Below, piece by piece: positions 54,801 through 64,000 of a stretch of 64,000 bases of DNA. The notes beneath the pieces were generated by a model. That model had not been told where the DNA came from. It ran no database searches and worked only from the letters and a program-made list of their open reading frames with translations. The number at the start of each line of letters is the position of its first letter. Positions within the stretch are counted from its first letter, which is position 1. Origin of the DNA: Lingula anatina (taxonomy: Eukaryota > Animalia > Brachiopoda); the NCBI GenBank assembly GCA_051362555.1, contig CM120640.1:20026001-20090000 (forward strand), given 5' to 3'. Position numbers and translations under genes: made by a program.

Positions 54801-57800
54801 GGAACAATATCTACCATAGCATCCAGTGAGTCATCCTCTCTACTGGCAAATGCTACAACATCAGTTGCTGACTCAGTTTCAGCTCAGTTCACTGCAGCAT
54901 TGACAGACAGTGGTCTCTCTACTGATTCTGCTGCTCTATCAGCTACTGACAGTGGAAGTACTGCAACTTCTGATGTAACGTCAACCACAGCTGTCACGAC
55001 GGGAACAATATCTACCATAGCATCCAGTGAGTCATCCTCCATACTGGCAAGTGCTACAACATCAGCTGCTGACTCAGTTTCAACTCAGTTTACTACAGCA
55101 GTGACAGACAGTGGTCTCTCTACTGACTCTGCTGCTCTATCATCTTCTGACAGTGCAAGTACTGCAACTTCTGATGTAACGTCAACCACAGCTGTCACTA
55201 CAGGAACAATATCTACCATAGCATCCACTGAGTCATCCTCCATACTGGCAAGAGCTACAACATCAGCTGCTGACTCAGTTTCAACTCAGTTCACTGCAGC
55301 TGTGACAGGCACTGGTTTCTCTACTAACTCTGCTGCTGTTTCAGCTACTGACATTGCAAGCAGTGCAACCTCTGATGTAACGTCAACCACAGCTGTCACT
55401 ACAGGAACAATATCTACCATAGCATTCACTGAGTCAACCTCCATACTGGCAAGTGCTACAACATCAGCTGCTGACTCAGTTTCAGCTCAGTTCACTGCAG
55501 CAGTGACAGACAGTGGTCTCTCTACTGACTCTGCTGCTGTTTCAGCTACTGACAGTGCAAGTACTGCAACCTCTGATGTAACGTCAACCACAGCTGTAGC
55601 ATCCAGTGAGTCATCCTCCATACTGGCAACTGCTACAACATCAGCTGCTGACTCAGTTTCAACTCAGTTCACAACAGCATTGACAGACAGTGGTCTCTCT
55701 ACTGATTCTGCTGCTCTATCAGCTACTGACAGTGCAAGTACTGCAACTTCTGATGTAACATCAACCACAGCTGTCACTACAGGAACAATATCTACCATAT
55801 CATCCAGTGAGTCATCCTCCATACTGACAAGTGCTACAACATCACCTACAGACTCACTTTCAACTCAGTTCACAGCAGCATTGACAGACAGTGGTCTCCC
55901 TACTGACTCTGCTGCTGTTTCAGCTACTGACAGTGCAAGTACTGCAACCTCTGATGTAACGTCAACCACAGCTGTAGCATCCAGTGAGTCATCCTCCATA
56001 CTGGCAACTGCTACAACATCAGCTGCTGACTCAGTTTCAACTCAGTTCACAACAGCATTGACAGACAGTGGTCTCTCTACTGATTCTGCTGCTCTATCAG
56101 CTACTGACAGTGCAAGTACTGCAACTTCTGATGTAACATCAACCACAGCTGTCACTACGGGAACAATATCTACCATAGCATCCAGTGAGTCATCCTCCAT
56201 ACTGACAAGTGCTACAAAATCACCTACTGACTCACTTTCAACTCAGTTCACAGCAGCATTGACAGACAGTGGTCTCTCTACTGACTCTGCTGCTGTTTCA
56301 GCTACGGACATTGCAAGTAGTGCAACATCTGATATAACGTCAACCACAGTTGTCACTACAGGAACAATATCTACCATAGCATCCACTGAGTCATCCTCCA
56401 TACAGGCAAGTGCTACAACATCAGCTGCTGAATCAGTTTCAACTCAGTTCACTGCAGCATTGACAGACAGTGGTCTCTCTACTGATTCTGCTGCTCTATC
56501 AGCTACTGACAGTGCAAGTTCTGCAACTTCTGATGTAACGTCAACCACAGCTGTCACGACGGGAACAATATCTACCATAGCATCCACTGAGTCATCCTCC
56601 ATACAGGCAAGTGCTACAACATCAGCTGCTGACTCAGTTTCAGCTCAGTTCACTGCAGCAGTGACAGACAGTGGTCTCTCTACTGATTCTGCTGCTCTAT
56701 CAGCTACTGACAGTGCAAGTACTGCAACTTCTGATGTAACGTCAACCACAGCTGTCACGACGGGAACAATATCTACCATAGCATCCACTGAGTCATCCTC
56801 CATTGTGGCAAGTGCTACAACATCAGCTGCTGACTCAGTTTCAAATCAGTTCACTGCAGTAGTGACAGACAGTGGTCTCTCTACTGACTCTGCGGCTATT
56901 TCAGTTACTGACAGTGCAAGTACTGCAACCTCTGATGTAACATCAACCACACCTGTATCATCCAGTGAGTCATCCTCCATACTGGCAACTGCTACAACAT
57001 CAGCTGCTGACTTAGTTTCAACTCAGTTCACAGCAGCATTGACAGACAGTGGTCTCTCTTCTGATTCTGCTGCTCTATCAGCTACTGACAGTGCAAGTAC
57101 TGCAACTTCTGATGTAACGTCAACCTCAGCTGTCACTACGGGAACAATATCTACCATAGCATCCAGTGAGTCATCCTCCATACTGGCAAGTGCTACAACA
57201 TCAGCTGCTGACTCAGTTTCAACTCAGTTCACTGCATCAGTGACAGGCAGTGGTCTTTCTACTGACTCTGCTGCTGTTTCAGCTACTGACATTGCAAGCA
57301 GTGCAACCTCTGATGTAACGTCAACCACAGCTGTCACTACAGGAACAATATCTACCATAGCATCCACTGAGTCATCCTCCATACTGGCAAGTGCTACATC
57401 ATCAGCTGCTGACTCAGTTTCAACTCAGTTCACTGCATCAGTGACAGACAGTGGTCTTTTTACTGACTCTGCTGCTGTTTCAGCTACTGACAGTGCAAGT
57501 ACTGCAACCTCTGATGTAACCTCAACCACAGCTGTAGAATCCAGTGAGTCATCCTCCATACTGGCAACTGCTACAACATCAGCTGCTGACTCAGTTTCAA
57601 CTCAGTTCACAGCAGCATTGACAGACAGTGGTCTCTCTACTGATTCTGCTTCTCTATCAGCTACTGACAGTGCAAGTACTGCACCTTCTGATGTAACGTC
57701 AACCACAGTTGTCACGACGGGAATAATATCTACCATAGCATCCAGTGAGTCATCCTCCAGACTGGCAAGTGCTACAACATCAGCTGCTGAATCAGTTTCA

Positions 57801-60800
57801 ACTCAGTTCACTGCAGCAGTGACAGACAGTGGTCTTTCTTCAGAATCTGCTGCTGTTTCAGCTACTGACATTGCAAGTAGTGCAACATCTGATATAACGT
57901 CAACCACAGTTGTCACTACAGGAACAATATCTACCATAGCATCCAGTGAGTCATCCTCTCTACTGGCAAATGCTACAACATCAGTTGCTGACTCAGTTTC
58001 AGCTCAGTTCACTGCAGCATTGACAGACAGTGGTCTCTCTACTGATTCTGCTGCTCTATCAGCTACTGACAGTGGAAGTACTGCAACTTCTGATGTAACG
58101 TCAACCACAGCTGTCACGACGGGAACAATATCTACCATAGCATCCAGTGAGTCATCCTCCATACTGGCAAGTGCTACAACATCAGCTGCTGACTCAGTTT
58201 CAACTCAGTTTACTACAGCAGTGACAGACAGTGGTCTCTCTACTGACTCTGCTGCTCTATCATCTTCTGACAGTGCAAGTACTGCAACTTCTGATGTAAC
58301 GTCAACCACAGCTGTCACTACAGGAACAATATCTACCATAGCATCCACTGAGTCATCCTCCATACTGGCAAGAGCTACAACATCAGCTGCTGACTCAGTT
58401 TCAACTCAGTTCACTGCAGCTGTGACAGGCACTGGTTTCTCTACTAACTCTGCTGCTGTTTCAGCTACTGACATTGCAAGCAGTGCAACCTCTGATGTAA
58501 CGTCAACCACAGCTGTCACTACAGGAACAATATCTACCATAGCATTCACTGAGTCAACCTCCATACTGGCAAGTGCTACAACATCAGCTGCTGACTCAGT
58601 TTCAGCTCAGTTCACTGCAGCAGTGACAGACAGTGGTCTCTCTACTGACTCTGCTGCTGTTTCAGCTACTGACAGTGCAAGTACTGCAACCTCTGATGTA
58701 ACGTCAACCACAGCTGTAGCATCCAGTGAGTCATCCTCCATACTGGCAACTGCTACAACATCAGCTGCTGACTCAGTTTCAACTCAGTTCACAACAGCAT
58801 TGACAGACAGTGGTCTCTCTACTGATTCTGCTGCTCTATCAGCTACTGACAGTGCAAGTACTGCAACTTCTGATGTAACATCAACCACAGCTGTCACTAC
58901 AGGAACAATATCTACCATATCATCCAGTGAGTCATCCTCCATACTGACAAGTGCTACAACATCACCTACAGACTCACTTTCAACTCAGTTCACAGCAGCA
59001 TTGACAGACAGTGGTCTCCCTACTGACTCTGCTGCTGTTTCAGCTACTGACAGTGCAAGTACTGCAACCTCTGATGTAACGTCAACCACAGCTGTAGCAT
59101 CCAGTGAGTCATCCTCCATACTGGCAACTGCTACAACATCAGCTGCTGACTCAGTTTCAACTCAGTTCACAACAGCATTGACAGACAGTGGTCTCTCTAC
59201 TGATTCTGCTGCTCTATCAGCTACTGACAGTGCAAGTACTGCAACTTCTGATGTAACATCAACCACAGCTGTCACTACGGGAACAATATCTACCATAGCA
59301 TCCAGTGAGTCATCCTCCATACTGACAAGTGCTACAAAATCACCTACTGACTCACTTTCAACTCAGTTCACAGCAGCATTGACAGACAGTGGTCTCTCTA
59401 CTGACTCTGCTGCTGTTTCAGCTACGGACATTGCAAGTAGTGCAACATCTGATATAACGTCAACCACAGTTGTCACTACAGGAACAATATCTACCATAGC
59501 ATCCACTGAGTCATCCTCCATACAGGCAAGTGCTACAACATCAGCTGCTGAATCAGTTTCAACTCAGTTCACTGCAGCATTGACAGACAGTGGTCTCTCT
59601 ACTGATTCTGCTGCTCTATCAGCTACTGACAGTGCAAGTTCTGCAACTTCTGATGTAACGTCAACCACAGCTGTCACGACGGGAACAATATCTACCATAG
59701 CATCCACTGAGTCATCCTCCATACAGGCAAGTGCTACAACATCAGCTGCTGACTCAGTTTCAGCTCAGTTCACTGCAGCAGTGACAGACAGTGGTCTCTC
59801 TACTGATTCTGCTGCTCTATCAGCTACTGACAGTGCAAGTACTGCAACTTCTGATGTAACGTCAACCACAGCTGTCACGACGGGAACAATATCTACCATA
59901 GCATCCACTGAGTCATCCTCCATTGTGGCAAGTGCTACAACATCAGCTGCTGACTCAGTTTCAAATCAGTTCACTGCAGTAGTGACAGACAGTGGTCTCT
60001 CTACTGACTCTGCGGCTATTTCAGTTACTGACAGTGCAAGTACTGCAACCTCTGATGTAACATCAACCACACCTGTATCATCCAGTGAGTCATCCTCCAT
60101 ACTGGCAACTGCTACAACATCAGCTGCTGACTTAGTTTCAACTCAGTTCACAGCAGCATTGACAGACAGTGGTCTCTCTTCTGATTCTGCTGCTCTATCA
60201 GCTACTGACAGTGCAAGTACTGCAACTTCTGATGTAACGTCAACCTCAGCTGTCACTACGGGAACAATATCTACCATAGCATCCAGTGAGTCATCCTCCA
60301 TACTGGCAAGTGCTACAACATCAGCTGCTGACTCAGTTTCAACTCAGTTCACTGCATCAGTGACAGGCAGTGGTCTTTCTACTGACTCTGCTGCTGTTTC
60401 AGCTACTGACATTGCAAGCAGTGCAACCTCTGATGTAACGTCAACCACAGCTGTCACTACAGGAACAATATCTACCATAGCATCCACTGAGTCATCCTCC
60501 ATACTGGCAAGTGCTACATCATCAGCTGCTGACTCAGTTTCAACTCAGTTCACTGCATCAGTGACAGACAGTGGTCTTTTTACTGACTCTGCTGCTGTTT
60601 CAGCTACTGACAGTGCAAGTACTGCAACCTCTGATGTAACCTCAACCACAGCTGTAGAATCCAGTGAGTCATCCTCCATACTGACAACTGCTACAACATC
60701 AGCTGCTGACTCAGTTTCAACTCAGTTCACAGCAGCATTGACAGACAGTGGTCTCTCTACTGATTCTGCTTCTCTATCAGCTACTGACAGTGCAAGTACT

Positions 60801-63800
60801 GCACCTTCTGATGTAACGTCAACCACAGTTGTCACGACGGGAATAATATCTACCATAGCATCCAGTGAGTCATCCTCCGGACTGGCAAGTGCTACAACAT
60901 CAGCTGCTGAATCAGTTTCAACTCAGTTCACTGCAGCAGTGACAGACAGTGGTCTTTCTTCAGAATCTGCTGCTGTTTCAGCTACTGACATTGCAAGTAG
61001 TGCAACATCTGATATAACGTCAACCACAGTTGTCACTACAGGAACAATATCTACCATAGCATCCAGTGAGTCATCCTCTCTACTGGCAAATGCTACAACA
61101 TCAGTTGCTGACTCAGTTTCAGCTCAGTTCACTGCAGCATTGACAGACAGTGGTCTCTCTACTGATTCTGCTGCTCTATCAGCTACTGACAGTGGAAGTA
61201 CTGCAACTTCTGATGTAACGTCAACCACAGCTGTCACGACGGGAACAATATCTACCATAGCATCCAGTGAGTCATCCTCCATACTGGCAAGTGCTACAAC
61301 ATCAGCTGCTGACTCAGTTTCAACTCAGTTTACTACAGCAGTGACAGACAGTGGTCTCTCTACTGACTCTGCTGCTCTATCATCTTCTGACAGTGCAAGT
61401 ACTGCAACTTCTGATGTAACGTCAACCACAGCTGTCACTACAGGAACAATATCTACCATAGCATCCACTGAGTCATCCTCCATACTGGCAAGAGCTACAA
61501 CATCAGCTGCTGACTCAGTTTCAACTCAGTTCACTGCAGCTGTGACAGGCACTGGTTTCTCTACTAACTCTGCTGCTGTTTCAGCTACTGACATTGCAAG
61601 CAGTGCAACCTCTGATGTAACGTCAACCACAGCTGTCACTACAGGAACAATATCTACCATAGCATCCACTGAGTCAACCTCCATACTGGCAAGTGCTACA
61701 ACATCAGCTGCTGACTCAGTTTCAGCTCAGTTCACTGCAGCAGTGACAGACAGTGGTCTCTCTACTGACTCTGCTGCTGTTTCAGCTACTGACAGTGCAA
61801 GTACTGCAACCTCTGATGTAACGTCAACCACAGCTGTAGCATCCAGTGAGTCATCCTCCATACTGGCAACTGCTACAACATCAGCTGCTGACTCAGTTTC
61901 AACTCAGTTCACAACAGCATTGACAGACAGTGGTCTCTCTACTGATTCTGCTGCTCTATCAGCTACTGACAGTGCAAGTACTGCAACTTCTGATGTAACA
62001 TCAACCACAGCTGTCACTACAGGAACAATATCTACCATATCATCTAGTGAGTCATCCTCCATACTGACAAGTGCTACAACATCACCTACAGACTCACTTT
62101 CAACTCAGTTCACAGCAGCATTGACAGACAGTGGTCTCCCTACTGACTCTGCTGCTGTTTCAGCTACTGACAGTGCAAGTACTGCAACCTCTGATGTAAC
62201 GTCAACCACAGCTGTAGCATCCAGTGAGTCATCCTCCATACTGGCAACTGCTACAACATCAGCTGCTGACTCAGTTTCAACTCAGTTCACAACAGCATTG
62301 ACAGACAGTGGTCTCTCTACTGATTCTGCTGCTCTATCAGCTACTGACAGTGCAAGTACTGCAACTTCTGATGTAACATCAACCACAGCTGTCACTACGG
62401 GAACAATATCTACCATAGCATCCAGTGAGTCATCCTCCATACTGACAAGTGCTACAACATCACCTACTGACTCACTTTCAACTCAGTTCACAGCAGCATT
62501 GACAGACAGTGGTCTCTCTACTGACTCTGCTGCTGTTTCAGCTACGGACATTGCAAGTAGTGCAACATCTGATATAACGTCAACCACAGTTGTCACTACA
62601 GGAACAATATCTACCATAGCATCCAGTGAGTCATCCTCTCTACTGGCAAGTGCTACAACATCAGTTGCTGACTCAGTTTCAGCTCAGTTCACTGCAGCAT
62701 TGACAGACAGTGGTCTCTCTACTGATTCTGCTGCTCTATCAGCTACTGACAGTGCAAGTACTGCAACTTCTGATGTAACGTCAAGCACAGCTGTCACGAC
62801 TGGAACAATATGTACCATAGCATCCAGTGAGTCATCCTCCATACTGGCAAGTGCTACAACATCAGCTGCTGACTCAGTTTCAACTCAGTTCACTGCAGCA
62901 GTGACAGACAGTGGTCTCTCTACTGATTCTGCTGCTCTATCATCTTCTGACAGTGCAAGTACTGCAACTTCTGATGTAACGTCAACCACAGCTGTCACTA
63001 CAGGAACAATATCTACCATATCATCCAGTGAGTCATCCTCCATACTGAGAAGTGCTACAACATCACCTACAGACTCACTTTCAACTCAGTTCACAGCAGC
63101 ATTGACAGACAGTGGTCTCCCTACTGACTCTGCTGCTGTTTCAGCTACTGACAGTGCAAGTACTGCAACCTCTGATGTAACGTCAACCACAGCTGTAGCA
63201 TCCAGTGAGTCATCCTCCATACTGGCAACTGCTACAACATCAGCTGCTGACTCAGTTTCAACTCAGTTCACAACAGCATTGACAGACAGTGGTCTCTCTA
63301 CTGATTCTGCTGCTCTATCAGCTACTGACAGTGCAAGTACTGCAACTTCTGATGTAACGTCAACCTCAGCTGTCACTACGGGAACAATATCTACCATAGC
63401 ATCCAGTGAGTCATCCTCCATACTGGCAAGTGCTACAACATCAGCTGCTGACTCAGTTTCAACTCAGTTCACTGCATCAGTGACAGGCAGTGGTCTTTCT
63501 ACTGACTCTGCTGCTGTTTCAGCTACTGACATTGCAAGCAGTGCAACCTCTGATGTAACGTCAACCACAGCTGTCACTACAGGAACAATATCTACCATAG
63601 CATCCACTGAGTCATCCTCCATACTGGCAAGTGCTACATCATCAGCTGCTGACTCAGTTTCAACTCAGTTCACTGCATCAGTGACAGACAGTGGTCTTTT
63701 TACTGACTCTGCTGCTGTTTCAGCTACTGACAGTGCAAGTACTGCAACCTCTGATGTAACCTCAACCACAGCTGTAGAATCCAGTGAGTCATCCTCCATA

Positions 63801-64000
63801 CTGGCAACTGCTACAACATCAGCTGCTGACTCAGTTTCAACTCAGTTTACAGCAGCATTGACAGACAGTGGTCTCTCTACTGATTCTGCTTCTCTATCAG
63901 CTACTGACAGTGCAAGTACTGCACCTTCTGATGTAACGTCAACCACAGTTGTCACGACGGGAATAATATCTACCATAGCATCCAGTGAGTCATCCTCCAG
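45867..64000 (+). CDS. Giant exon, part 2: same-frame continuation of the repeat protein (~6040 codons), open at the window end
   Basis: The same units continue in the same frame (codon starts at 16854 and 63951 are both 0 mod 3). The ORF track reports no terminated ORF here, consistent with no further stop. Coding status depends on whether the TGA at 45864 is real. Confidence 0.7.
48360..62620 (+). repeat. Higher-order repeat, period 3120 bp (12 long + 4 short units)
   Basis: The diagnostic SNQF variant recurs at 48843, 50805, 53925, 56844 and 59964. Spacings are 1962, 3120, 2919 (=3120-201) and 3120. Rows 55081, 58201 and 61321 are identical. Confidence 0.9.

Larger units (their letters stand above)
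16801..64000 (+). repeat. Coding tandem array (VNTR) of 177-bp and 201-bp units, roughly 250 units
   Basis: Unit starts at 16854, 17031 (+177) and 17232 (+201). The two lengths differ by a 24-bp TTGTISTI block. Copy number is estimated from length, not counted. Confidence 0.97.

Noticed and set aside
16801-64000. CRISPR array or non-coding satellite interpretation
   Set aside because: There are no unique spacers or cas genes, the context is eukaryotic, and frame-preserving indels indicate coding sequence.

Overview
Eukaryotic (metazoan-like, intron-rich) genomic DNA in two parts. Bases 1 to ~16.8 kb are AT-rich and essentially non-coding. They hold microsatellites, a 595-bp TIR element with a 5-bp TSD, a 340-bp CACTA-ended MITE with a 3-bp TSD, and a decayed THAP + YqaJ/lambda-exonuclease (ISL2EU-like) DNA transposon. 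They also hold a candidate 144-bp exon that would add a signal-peptide-like segment to the gene downstream. From a splice acceptor at 16781-16782 to the window end, >47 kb is one reading frame (~15,700 codons, still open at 64000). It is built from roughly 250 tandem units of 177 bp (59 aa) or 201 bp (67 aa) and encodes a Pro-poor, Cys-free, acidic Ser/Thr/Ala-rich mucin/proteoglycan-like protein. Each unit carries a D-S-G and an S-x-E motif. The frame has exactly one break, a TCA>TGA at 45864-45866. All indels I found are in frame. The array shows higher-order duplications (6552-bp offset; 3120-bp period) and a 5'-to-3' turnover of unit variants. The organism and the gene's C-terminus cannot be determined from this window.
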